64,000 nucleotides of DNA from NCBI RefSeq assembly GCF_018977255.1, contig NW_024704742.1, positions 104,224,001-104,288,000 of the forward strand, given 5' to 3'. This DNA is from Callorhinchus milii (lineage: Eukaryota). The position numbers and the translations under genes were made by a program. Below the pieces are notes generated by a model. That model was not told where the DNA came from, did not search any database, and was given only the letters and a program-made list of their open reading frames with translations. Positions within the stretch are counted from its first letter, which is position 1; every line of letters begins with the position of its first letter. This document shows, in pieces, positions 12,000 through 23,768 of this stretch.

Positions 12000-12570
12000 A
12001 GAATATTTTTTGACCAGGGCAAACCCGGGAACTTGCATCTTACACTGCAGAAACTATAAAGACTATCAGGATTCCCAGATTATCGACCTGTTAATATTGT
12101 AGGAAAAGTAATTGAAATAATTTTGAGTTAAGTCAGTGGTTGAAAACTCATCAAAATCCAGTGAGGATTGGGAAGTGGAGATCATGCATATCTAACCTGT
12201 TAGAGATTTTCAAAGGTATTACTGAAGTGATAAACAGAGGTAATGAGTTTGACAAATAGATAAACAAGTGTTTTGTGCTTGATGTTTCAAAAAGCTTTTG
12301 ACACATTTCTATATGGACACTAAATAGATAAGATAAGGAATCATAGATGGGTGATGAAGATTGGAGATGGGTAGAAAATTACCCACAAAAAGGAATTTCC
12401 AAAGCTGGAACATGCTTATAAGCGTGGCTCTCCATGGGACATTTGGTATTTTAATGGATATCAATGACTTGAAGCAGGAAATTGTGAGAAAGTCTGCAGA
12501 TAATCTTGGACCAGTGGGTAGATCAAATAATGAAGATCAGTATAACAAACAGCAACTTTGGACCTAAGGT
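12000..12570 (+). mobile_element. Highly degraded CR1 RT fragment
   Basis: Remnants of NY..IS, LD.SKAFD, INDL and K.AD motifs. Confidence 0.5.
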
Positions 12571-13681
12571 TGCCAAACCTTTCCATCTCTGGCAGGTTTT
12601 TCTCCCCTCATGCCTGAGTCTATTATAGACTAATCGATAGAGATTGAATGCCAACGTTTAGTCAACATCTCTATTATTTATTATTAGTATTATTGTAGCA
12701 TGCGACCAACAGGATGGTAGAAGGTGAACTAGATGGACCTTGATCTTTTTTCATCCAGCAATTCCTTTGAAACCAGATTCAGACTGATTTGGATTCTTTG
12801 GACAGCTGGGCCATTGGTCGGCAGTGGCATTTCAGGGTAGCTAGTGTAAAATTACAAATAAAGAATTAAGTAATCAGAAAAAAAGAGTATGTATTAAATG
12901 GCACAGCAGTAAGCTAATCTGGAAAAAAAGCAGATTGTTAAAATTGGTCCATTTATTGGCAAGGAGAATTATTGTAGATAAACCATCAGTTCAGGTGTTA
13001 CATGAGTGTAAGAGAGTGCACATTGACATTAAAGAAACACTAGGTTCCTGTAAAAGTGCTGGGAAGATTAAACACATCCACACCACCACCTGGCTCCTGC
13101 TCCTTTCCACCTCTTTGCCCCGGCTCTGTCTATTAATCCCTCCCCCTGCACCCTCCAATACCCGTTTCAAAACCCTTCTAAAAACACTTCACCCCAAAGA
13201 CAGTGCAGCCTTTGAAACTCTAATTGTGGAATAGAGCAATCAGGCAAGAATCATCAGCTTGGAACACAGGTAACTGCATAGCAGACAAACTGAGAATCAT
13301 GGTATTTTTTGTAGTTACTGCAGTGCAAGAGGCCACAGATTCTATTAATTTAAATACGCAACTAGATTGAATCAGTTCTCGATGCAATATTGCAGGGATT
13401 ACTGTGAAGAAAAAATAAAGAACAGAGTACAGAGGTAAAAAATAAGCTAGTGAGTCTGTTGCGAGTATGAGACATTATCACAGTTCACGAGTTCAAATAC
13501 CATAATGCATTTTGCCCACATGGGATTTAAGGAGCAGGTAAGAGCAAACTGATAGCTCACACATGAGAGGAGAAGCAAATCCTGGGATCCTTCTCATGTC
13601 AATGTGTGCTCTCTTACCCTCATGTAACTCCAAAGAATATATGCTAGCAAGAACCCAACATTGTGTTTGGAGTGGATAAGA

Positions 13682-14004
13682 GAGTCCTGTAGCTCAGTGG
13701 TTAGAGCACTCGCTTTGCAAGCAAGAGACCTGAGTTCAATTCCAGGCAGAGGGCGAAACCTTGGGCAAGTTTCTTTACTCCACACAGAGCCTAATAATAA
13801 TCCCTCCAAAACCAAAAACAATAATAAATTGGTCATTTTCAATCTACGACTGTTTGTGGGACATTGCTGTGCGCAATTGGCTGCCGCGTTCGCCCACAAA
13901 TATACAGTCAATTCACTTTACAGTGTGTTCTGTGAAGCGCTTTGGGACGTCCTCCCGACATGAAAAGCGCTATATCAAATGCAAGGATTATTATTATTAT
14001 TATT
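13682..14004 (+). mobile_element. Young tRNA-derived SINE, full length
   Basis: Near-identical to the 4547 copy; TAAG at both ends may be a short TSD. Confidence 0.95.
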
Positions 14005-14896
14005 AAGGGCTAGTAGTGCAGGCTGTACTAGGATATTACCTGTTGAATCCCGGCAGTTAGAGGATGGATAATTTATTTTTGATCTGTTGATGGGGAGAAT
14101 AAAGATACTGAAGAACGTATCTATGCAGTGCTGTGCTTAGAAAGCCTATTAGGGCTTTGGCTGCCAGGGTTGAAGATGTGTTAGCATCCAAATCTCTTTG
14201 ATCGGAACTGGCTGAGTAACCATCAACAGTGCATTGGATTACCGTATAGTATGATTCTTGGGGCTGTTTCTGCCCCATGGAGACCCCACTCATTCCCTCC
14301 TCTCTCACAAACATGATTATTATTACACATGATACTCATCATATTCACCTCAAATGGTGAACAATTGAATGGACTCTTTTGGATTTCAATCCAGACCCTT
14401 GTTGGCTCTAAATCTGGGGAGCTAGAGTGGATATCAGAACAAAAGCTGGAAAGGTCAGAGGAAAAGAAAGAGGATGATCCTCACCGTCGATAATAACTAT
14501 TGGCATCTCTGTGGATGGTTGCCATTTTAATGAAGTGTTTTCTCATTACCTTGGATAGATGCCTCCAAGGAAAATAATCTTCACACAATGAGTTTCTGCT
14601 CTAAGTTACAGCAGCATGGAGAAAGGATAGTGATATCATGTTTGCTGGATCTTTAAAATCTCATTCTTTCATTTTGCTGGTATATTATTTTCTGCCTATT
14701 GTGATCTTAACACTTCCATAAAGATCTTCATATTTGTTAAGCCCCATATATATGACGGCTGGTTATTAGGAGAAAACAGTTTGACATTTTCATTGTCATA
14801 ATTTGAATATTCCTGCTGGGTTAATGGTAACTCAGTAGCATTAACCATCTGCTGTAACTATCAGCAAGAGAGACACTAACAAAATTGACATCCATT

Positions 14897-15148
14897 TCAG
14901 CTGTCTGTTCAGGTGGATGTTAAGGATCCCATGACATTACTTGAAAAGAGAAGGGAGCTTCTCCCAGTGTCCTAGCCAATAAAGCCCCCAAATAAAATTG
15001 GTCACTCACTCCATGGCTGTTTGTGGGACATTGCTGTGTGCAACTGGCTGCTGCATTTTGCCCATAATTACACAGTTAACCCACTTTACAGTACATCATG
15101 TGAAGCGCTTTCAGACATCTAAACAATGTGATAAGGCACTATATCAGA
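14897..15148 (+). mobile_element. Old Deu-SINE 3' half
   Basis: CAGGTGGATGTTAAGGATCCCATG...GTGTCCTAGCCAAT...TGTTTGTGGGACATTGCTG. Confidence 0.75.
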
Positions 15149-15151
15149 TCG

Positions 15152-15518
15152 TGGCCTACTATAGTTTAGTGTTTAGAGCACTTGCCTCGCAAGTGAGAGG
15201 ACCTGGGTTTGATTCCCGGGCAGAACAAAACCTTCAGCAAGTTTCCTTACACTCCTCTGTTCACCTAACAGTAAGTAGGAACCCGGTTGTTAGTCGATTG
15301 GTGAATCGCTTTTCCGGGGGTAATAATCCCTTCAAGAAAAAAAAATAATTTGGTCACTCGTTCCACGACTGTTTGTCAGACTCTGCTGTGCGCAATTGGC
15401 TGCTGCATTTCGCCAACAAATATACAGTCAATTCGCTTTACAGTATATTCTATGAAGCACTTTGAAAAGTCTCAAAGAAGTAATAAGGGCTATATGAATT
15501 GCAAGGATTATTATTATT
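15152..15518 (+). mobile_element. tRNA SINE, long-middle (CORE-like) subtype
   Basis: tRNA head, CCTCTGTTCACCTAACAGTAAGTAGG middle, common body and tail. Confidence 0.85.
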
Positions 15519-15661
15519 ACAGAAGATTTAAATGTAAAAAGGAGTCTTTGTCCAGATTAAATAAAACATTAATCTCTTTATAAGCAGTGTGAAGTAAACT
15601 GCACTGATATGCAACACTTTAATACTTTTGCTAAACCTTTTCCTATGATTCTTTCCTACAG

Positions 15662-15766
15662 AAGTCTACCAAGGGATCTGTTGTCCTGGAATATGTATTC
15701 AGACATGTAAACTTGATGGAGACAGATTACTTTGGCTTGCGTTATTGTGACAGGAGTCATCAAACG
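15662..15766 (+). CDS. EPB41L4A: EPB41L4A coding exon (ortholog of exon 2), FERM N-lobe
   Basis: cag|AAG...ACG|gtgagc; 105 nt, phase 0-0; [35 protein letters not shown] closely matches recalled vertebrate EPB41L4A. Confidence 0.96.
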
Positions 15767-16333
15767 GTGAGCAAAACTACAGAAGGGGTGGAGTTGTTCA
15801 GTCGAAAGAGAGCTATATGTCTGAACTAAATATAAAAATGTTGATGGATTTGTTCACAAACAGCAAGTATCAAATTCTAGAAATTTTGCAGCAGAGAAAA
15901 GACCATTCAGCCAATTATTTATGTGCTCCTCTATCTATTCTAATACCATTGTTATATTTTCTCCACTCTTTAATATTATTTTCCCCTCAATATTTATCCA
16001 ATTACCTTTTAAATGCTGTTGTTGATTCAGTTTCAATTGCCATTTGTGGTTTGTCATTCCATCTTATATACTCCATGCAAAAATAAATGAATCCTTCCCT
16101 TTTTATCATCTGGTGAAAATCCTTGACTTATCTTCAACTGTTGAAAGTTAGATACCATGTTTGAAAAAAATCCGATATTGTATTTTAATATTTTCTTTAA
16201 TAAGAAGATTGCATTATTTTGTGTGCTGAATTAAGATCTGTTCCAATGAATAATTTTTCATTATTCAGCAAGTAGGATAATGATTGCCCTGCAGTGAAGT
16301 GTGAGTGGGATGTGAATCTTACCCTTGTCTAGT

Positions 16334-16602
16334 AGAGTCCTGCAGCTCAGTGGTTAGAGCACTCACCTCGCAAGCAAGAGACCTGGGTTCTACTGCCGGC
16401 AGGGCAAAATGTTGGGCAAGTTTCCTTACTCCATACACCTCTGTTTATCTTAGCAGTAAGTAGGAAACCGGTTGTTAGTCGATTGGTGGATCGCTTTCTG
16501 GGGGTAATAATCCCTCAACAAAAAAAAATAATAATTTGGTCACTCAATTCATGACTGTTTGTGGGACTCTGAAGGCCCTATCGCAAATGCAAGGATTATT
16601 AT
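16334..16602 (+). mobile_element. tRNA SINE, long-middle subtype with 3' internal deletion
   Basis: Head and CORE-like middle intact; jumps from TGTTTGTGGGAC to the tail. Confidence 0.85.
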
Positions 16603-17516
16603 TGTTCTCTCCTGTTCATACCTGCAAATTGACTGATCTCAGCAGAGCAGGTCCTGGCATAAAGAGACAGGGATGGGCATCAAAGCAGGAAAATCCTGAC
16701 ACTCCCATCTCCTTTCCATTCTGTTTCCTGTGGCTGATCTTGGAACGGGATGGAGAGGGAGGGGTATGGGGCGGGGGAGACGTATGTCAGACTTTTCTGG
16801 CTGCAGGCAATATGTGCTGGCAAGAAACCGACAAAGAAAATGGAAAAACTCAAAACAGGATTGAACATGAATGTGTGTCCTCCAGGAGAGGGAGTGATCA
16901 ATTACGCAACACCCTGGGGCGATAGAATGGTTGAATGATTATTCACACCCAACTCCACAGGGTGCATTTCTGATGGAAACTGGTGGGGCAATTCTCTAGC
17001 ACTGGTGGGGGCAGTGCTGGGCTAGTGAGTGCTCTAGCACTGATGCGGACATTGGTGGGCGAAGCTCAGGATGGAATTGCAGGTGCATAGAAGCATTTCC
17101 ATCAGTCCACCTGTCTGTTTGAGGCAGACTGAATGAGAAAGACATATTTCTTCAAATGCTGAGGCACAAAGTCAAGTTCAAAGACTGAAGCAAAATTCAA
17201 ATTGTTTCAATGTATTTCCAACACAGTGTGTCCCTACTGTATAGCAACAGTGAAACAATTACATATGCAAACTCTCATACATGCCACAGTGTGAAAGCTT
17301 CATACACAACAGAAAGGTTCAGGATTTGCTCTGTGTTGAGTTAGCTAATCTCAGCCGCCACATTAGAAGGGGAACTTCAAGTGGGTTCTGTGTCCTACGT
17401 TTTGGTGGGAGGGGGTTGGGGTGGGGAAGGAATCGGCCAGGGGGCACGTTCCTGATTCGTATCCAGTGATACTTGCTGGAAAGAGTGCATTTGGAAACAA
17501 TAGGAGAGAACAATAG

Positions 17517-18674
17517 CAGAGGACTGGAGGGTTCAAATGTTACTCCCCTGTACAACAAGAGGCAGAAGGATAAACCCGGGAACTACAGGCCAGTCAGCCT
17601 AACATCAGTAATGGGGAAACTTCTTGAGACTATAATCCGGGACAAAATAAATTTTCACTTAGAAAAATATGGATTAATAAAGAACAGCCAACACGGATTT
17701 GTTAAAGGCAAATCATGTCTAACAAACCTGATAGAGGTTTTTGATGAAGTAACAGAGAGGGTGGATGAAGGTAGTGCAGTTGATGCAGTTTATATGGATT
17801 TTCAAAAGACATTTGATAAAGTGCCACATAAGAGACTTGTCAGCAAAATAGAAGCCCACGGTATTAAATGGATACAGACTGGCTGAGAGACAGAAAGCAG
17901 AGAGTGGTCGTGAACGGGTGGAAGAATGAGGAGAGGCAATATAAGCTCAATGGTACAACCTGAAAGAGGGTGAAGGAACAGAGAGACCCGATGTTTCATA
18001 TAAGCAATCTTTGAAGGTGGCAGGACAGGTAGATAAAGCTGTTAAAAAAGCATACGGGATACTAGGCTTTATAAATAGGGTCATAGCATACAAAAGTCAG
18101 GAAGTTATGATGAACCGTCATAAAACACTAGTTAGGCCTCAGCTGGAGTACTGTGTTCAGTTCTGGCACCACACGTTAGGAAGGACGTCAAGGCATTGGA
18201 GAGGGTACAGAGGAGATTTACCAGGATGGTACCAGGAATAAGGGACTTCAGTTATCAGGAGAGGCTAGAGAAGCTAGGATTATTCTCTTTGGAGCAGATA
18301 AGGTTAAGAGGAGACTTAATAGAAATTTCAAAATTCAATAGGGTGGACAAGGAAAACTATTTCCACTGGTGGGTGGGTTCGGTGACCTGAGGACATAGAT
18401 TTAAAATAGTTGTTAAAAGAAATAGAGGGGAGGTGAGGAGAAATTCTTTCACACAGCAAGTTGTTTGGATCTGGAATGCATTGCCTGAAAAGTGGTGGAA
18501 GCCAATTCGATAACAGCTTTTAAGAGAGAAGTAGATAATAATTTGGGGAGGACAAGTTTACAGGGCTATGGGGAGAGAGCGATGGAATGGGATTGATTTG
18601 GATAGCTCTTTTCAAAGAGGTGGCACAGACACGATGGGCTGAATGGCCTCCTTCTGTGCTGTATGATTCTATGA
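17517..18674 (+). mobile_element. CR1 LINE, 5'-truncated and internally deleted (family 1)
   Basis: NYRPVSLTS, QHGF, SCLTNL, DFQK.FDKVPH, LVRPQLEYC, ERVQRRFTRM; 3' UTR GGGCTGAATGGCCTCC and ATTCTATG tail. Confidence 0.92.
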
Positions 18675-19139
18675 ATGGGATTCGGTTGTGATATCATCCG
18701 TAGTTGTATGTTATGAAAGCACTTGCTACCAAGGAACACACATGTGTTGGCTGAAGTACTGGAGAACACCGGAAGCCAGTAGAAAGAGAAAGGTGTCAAA
18801 CAAGGTCAGGAGGAGAAATTTAAGACAGCGGCCTTACATCTGAGTCTGTGAGAGATTTTGGGGCTTCAAGACTAGAAAAAGAGATTAAATTAGCATTTTA
18901 CCTTNAAAAAAATGNAAAAAGGACCACCAAAAAAAGGAATTTAATTTAATAGGAAAATATAATCTTAATTTAAGATGCAGGTGAATCAAAGGACATGATA
19001 TACCATTTTTGCAATTGACAAAAATCAGCCCGTGCTCACAAAATATGATTCAGAATTTGTTATTTACACTGCTGTAAAAATCAACCTGAAATGAAAGGAC
19101 AAAGTTTCTACTATTACTGACTTTGTTTATTTTGAACAG

Positions 19140-19191
19140 TACTGGCTGGATGGCACCAAAACCCTTGCCGAACACAAGGACCTCATAAACA
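19140..19191 (+). CDS. EPB41L4A: EPB41L4A exon 3
   Basis: aacag|TAC...AACA|gtaagt; 52 nt; YWLDGTKTLAEHKDLIN(T); phase continues from previous exon. Confidence 0.96.
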
Positions 19192-20032
19192 GTAAGTAAA
19201 GTCTCTGCTGGCCCTTTTGCACATCAGCCTGCTGCCTTGTAAGGCTAACTACAGAATGCCTCGGCCCTGATTCGTGACGTCCAGGACAATATAAAGAGGT
19301 GTGACCCAGTGATGAGCACAGGGCAGAGGCTATATTGAAAGCTGATATTTTCTAGACTTGGGGAGGGAAAATTGAAAGGCAATCACTCTACTCTTCATCC
19401 AGGAGTTGTTGTTTCTAATAGAGATATTAGAAATAAGATATCCTTTGAATGAGGAAGATTGTCAGGGTATCTAGAAGAACGATAAATGGGGTGGAAGAGC
19501 TAAACTCTAATATTTGATTGTTTCACACAGTGAGATATGTGTTTGCTGTTAGCCTTTGCATGACTGAGGAGAAAGGAAAAGGATCATACATTACCGAGGG
19601 ATGTTTTAAGAGAAAAATACATCACAGATGCACGAAACTCACCCTACAGCAGGAGTCTAAAAATGCTCTTGCAGCATTATCCCTGCATGGCCACTAGCAA
19701 ATGTATCTACAACATGAATAATAATACTTGCATTTAACTATAGATGGTGTAATTTGCAAAATGTTGTGACTTGCATATTGATGGGAACATTTGCACACAG
19801 CAGTGCCCCATAAACAGCCATGAGGTGAATGACCAATTATATCTGGAGGAGAAGCTACCTTTTTGAATTATGGAGATATTCGTAGTGTAGTGATCTGCAG
19901 ATATTAGAAATAATTTCATTTAATGTTTAGGTAATTGTTCATTTAATGCATAGATTTTCAAACTGCTTAACTGTGAAGCAAGTTATTTTAGTCTTTTCAT
20001 TGCATCTCACATGACAGTCTATTTCCTTGCAG

Positions 20033-20111
20033 CTGGCCCACCCTACACATTATATTTTGGTGTAAAGTTCTATACAGAAGATCCTTGTAAACTTAAAGAA
20101 GAGATAACAAG
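20033..20111 (+). CDS. EPB41L4A: EPB41L4A exon 4
   Basis: ttgcag|CT...AAG|gtaatg; 79 nt; [25 protein letters not shown](R). Confidence 0.96.
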
Positions 20112-21586
20112 GTAATGAAACAAAAAAAAATTTTTGGACTGTGCCTATAAGTGAAATATATTGTTGGCTTTATCTTACAAACTGGTTTAAATTTTAGAGA
20201 TTTCTAACTATCAAATATTCATTGCTCAGATAATAATAAAATATTCTAAACCTTGCTTTTGATTTAATGCCTATTATGTCAAAGTCTCAAGAAAGTACTG
20301 TCAAATAACAGCAGATTCCAATGCTTAACCAGTATTATGGCGTTTTCTAGCTTTGACTAGACAAGAGTTTGTGTTGCATTTTCCTTGCAAGCACAATATT
20401 TTCAATTGAGTGGGTGTAAGAGAATGAGAACGTTCCTTCTGTATAAATCTGTAGAGCAGCATGTTACAAACTTAAAAGATATAGAGAAAATAACAAATGT
20501 GTGTTTCCTTCTGAGTGTGAGGAAGGGAGCTGTCACTTGCAATAAATCTATTTCTGCCCTTTTTTCCTCTTCTTTTTCTTGTGCATGTGACATATGCATT
20601 GGCCAGTCTACCAGATGGTTTCTTTTATGAAAGAGAAAGTTATTATGGATTTGAGTGTGTAGCTTCATTTGGGGAGCTAGTGCTAACATAAGCTCAATGG
20701 GCTGAATAGCCTCATTCTGTGCTGTCTTTTCTAAAATTCTGAAATATATGAAGCCTTAAATATCCACCTATACAATGTGGCAGCCATTTTGTAGCCACTG
20801 AGAGATTTTCATGCAATGATTTTTTTAAAAGCTGCTTCAGGCACTCAGAATCCCAATTTGACTACAGCTTCAGACAATTCCAAAGACTGAGATTCCTTCC
20901 TTAACTATTTACATTCCAAAAAAAGTCACACTCAACGTTTTGGCTGTTGAATGACAGTGAAAGGGAAATGAGGCATTTTTGCCTTGACGAGGAAGAGAAC
21001 AAGTTTGCAGGGCTTTTCTTTGACAGACTGAATGAGTTGGATACAATCCATGGTGTCGATTGTATATTATCTGTGAAAAGAATGGGCTTCATAAGCTCAA
21101 TAGTCTTTTCTTGTTCCATGTTCTCTATGGTTTCTAATAGTGTAAAACGGCACATTGGGGTATGTTATGCAAGTTGGGTAAACCATGTGTTCAGGGAAAA
21201 TTACAGGTGCCCGTAATTACATAATTAACAACTAATAAAACATTTATACATAGTTTACATAACTGGTACAATAGACTGCATTGCATTCAATTCACAAACT
21301 ATCTGATTCTTTTCAGGTGGTTTCAATTTAATTTAAAAAATGTAAAGTGTAAAAATACATACAGGGAATTGTGCTCCACTTCAGTTGTGTTGCAGTCAAT
21401 AACTGCTCAGTCATTTAGAAATCTCTATTATACATTGGTTCTGCTGCTGCTATTGCATGAGATTTCTACTATTATGGGTTGAATTAGGTTGGTATGATGG
21501 AGTCTTTCTTTAATTAACCCCATGAATAGGAGGGAACATACAACACAGCCAGTACGATTCAGTACTGTATATTTATTCCTCCAGTG

Positions 21587-21933
21587 CCGTTCCTCTGGCT
21601 CCGGTCTGCTCCACATCCCCCGCCCCAACCGCCCTACCATCGGTGGCCGGGTCTTCAGCCTCTCAGCCCCCAGGCTCTGGAACTCTATCCCCCAGTGCCT
21701 TTGCCTTGCCTCCTCCCTTTCCTCCTTCAAGGCCGGTCTCAAGACCTTTCTCTTTGACCGTGCCTTCAGCTCCCCTCTCGACTCTCTACCCTCTCCTCGC
21801 TCCCTCCCTTCCCTCCCCTCACCCTGACCATTTCCCCCTTGCTTGGGTCCTGACCCAACTGTACAGCGCCTTGGGACGTCCTCCCGACGTGAAAGGCGCT
21901 CAATAAATGGAATCTTGTTGTTGTTGTTGTTGT
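21587..21933 (+). mobile_element. Young L2 3' fragment
   Basis: Near-identical to the 3' end of the 6629-9905 element; (TTG)n tail. Confidence 0.92.
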
Positions 21934-22162
21934 TAAAAACATGCCTAGACTTTTGACTGAATGCATTTCTTGTGTTGAAATTGAATAGCTGATTGAAGTA
22001 TGTAGAAAACAATGCATGTTTTTGTAAACTGAGTCCTTATCGGTGCCTTGGTCTTAACTTGGTACTCTTCAAATCACAGTCTATTGAAAAACCATAGCTA
22101 GTGTACTCTGCAAGTCAAATAAAGCAAATGTAATAACTTTGTACAAACTTTTCTCTGTTTAG

Positions 22163-22260
22163 ATACCAGTTTTACCTACAGGTCAAACAGGATGTCCTCC
22201 AAGGCCGTCTGCCGTGCCCAATCAACATTGCTGCACAGTTGGGTGCATACGCTATTCAGT
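22163..22260 (+). CDS. EPB41L4A: EPB41L4A exon 5, FERM central lobe
   Basis: tttag|A...CAGT|gtaagt; 98 nt; [32 protein letters not shown](S). Confidence 0.96.
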
Positions 22261-23647
22261 GTAAGTACATGTTGTGATATTGCATATGGCTAATGAGCTT
22301 TTTCAATTATATGATACATGAACAAAGACTGTAAAATAGCTAATCCAGCAACACATGCATGGATGTAATATGAGAAATTAAATTTATTACAGCTAGGCAG
22401 TGTTGGCTTTCTAGCACATGATGGTGAACGGATAAGATGTCAATTAAATTGTTTTATATTAAGTCTGAACTTAAGGCCTGTTGAAATAACTGAGATATGT
22501 ATGACTTGTCCCTTTTTAATAAAACAGTTGGTCATTTGCATCTTTTCCTCCTTTGTGCTCATATGCAACTCCACATCAAAGGGTTGCAATCCCCATAAGT
22601 GCAGTATTCCAGGAACTGCTAGAAAGTGTAGCTGCAGCAAGACGTGACTATGCACAACATCATTGATTTGAGATGATTATGCTTTTAAGAGGCTATGGAC
22701 CTTCAGCGGCCAAAGAGTGTTAGAGGATGGCTTGTACCCATTCGTTGGTTTGCTGAATAACATTTTTGAGCTTTGTTTCTGGGCAGGACATTTTGAAAAT
22801 GGGTGACAAAATGAGAATATCTTAACTAAATCAAACCTCACTTGCTGGGGATTGTTATTGTGTTTCAGTGGCCAGGATTCTGTTGTATGTCCTATTGTCA
22901 AAGGGACTATTTACTAAGTGATACTCAAACAGCAAATTGCTTTTTTATAAAGGAAATAATTGCACAGGAATGAGTGGATGATCACGGATGATAGTGATAG
23001 GCTCACGATGAATTGTCAAATTCTCCAGACAACTCTGGAGAACACAACACATTACAAAGACTGCAGATACTGACATGGTTAACTTAGAGAAGGGAAAGAT
23101 CTTATTAAGCTTCTAAGAGCATAGATAAACTGTTATAATATGTTTGATATAAGCAAATATTTCCTTGAAGATTAAGCTGATCAACAGTTTAGATTCAATT
23201 ACTTTACACTGAGAGTGCTGAATGTATGGAACAGATTGCTCAAGGACATAATGGAAGGGAATAGTGGAGGGAGATAGTGTATGTAAATTTAATAAGATTA
23301 AATTTTTTTTTGGCAAAAGATGTGATTTGAAGGGTGTGATAGTTAGAGTATCGTATGGTATTCTTTGAACTTTGGATCCTTGTAGGAGTACCAGACATAT
23401 TTTTCTGGTCCTATTTTTGTATATAACACTGCCCTTCATATAAAAACTGGAAGAATTATGTTCAACATGAAGTACCAATAAATAGCATTAGCCGCCACCA
23501 TGATTTGTGGAGCTAAATGTTTTCATATTGTTAAAGCAATGTGAACTCCCAAATGCATTGGGCAGTAAAGTGAAAAATTATTGATTGAATTAATTGAACA
23601 TGTGGAAGCGAAACATTTGCTAATTGATTTTTTTTCTTCCTATTTAG

Positions 23648-23768
23648 CTGAGATTGGCGACTACGATCCTTATAAGCACATGGCAGGTTATGTATCTGAA
23701 TATCGCTTTGTTCCTGATCAGAAGGAGGACCTTGAAAAGGCAATTGAACAAAATCATAAAGCATTAAC
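23648..23768 (+). CDS. EPB41L4A: EPB41L4A exon 6
   Basis: tttag|CT...TTAAC|gtaaga; 121 nt; [39 protein letters not shown](T). Confidence 0.96.

Noticed and set aside
14262..14290. GGCTGTTTCTGC (GCFC) resembling the EPB41L4A N-terminus MGCFC
   Set aside because: Preceded by TGG rather than ATG and the following residues do not match; exon 1 is presumably upstream of the window
16970..17105. CTGATGGAAA/TTTCCATCAG inverted pair
   Set aside because: Only 10 bp with no TSD or second copy seen; could be chance
18900..18970. Odd A-rich segment with N bases
   Set aside because: Looks like low-quality homopolymer sequence (Ns also near 24623 and 55506), not a biological signal
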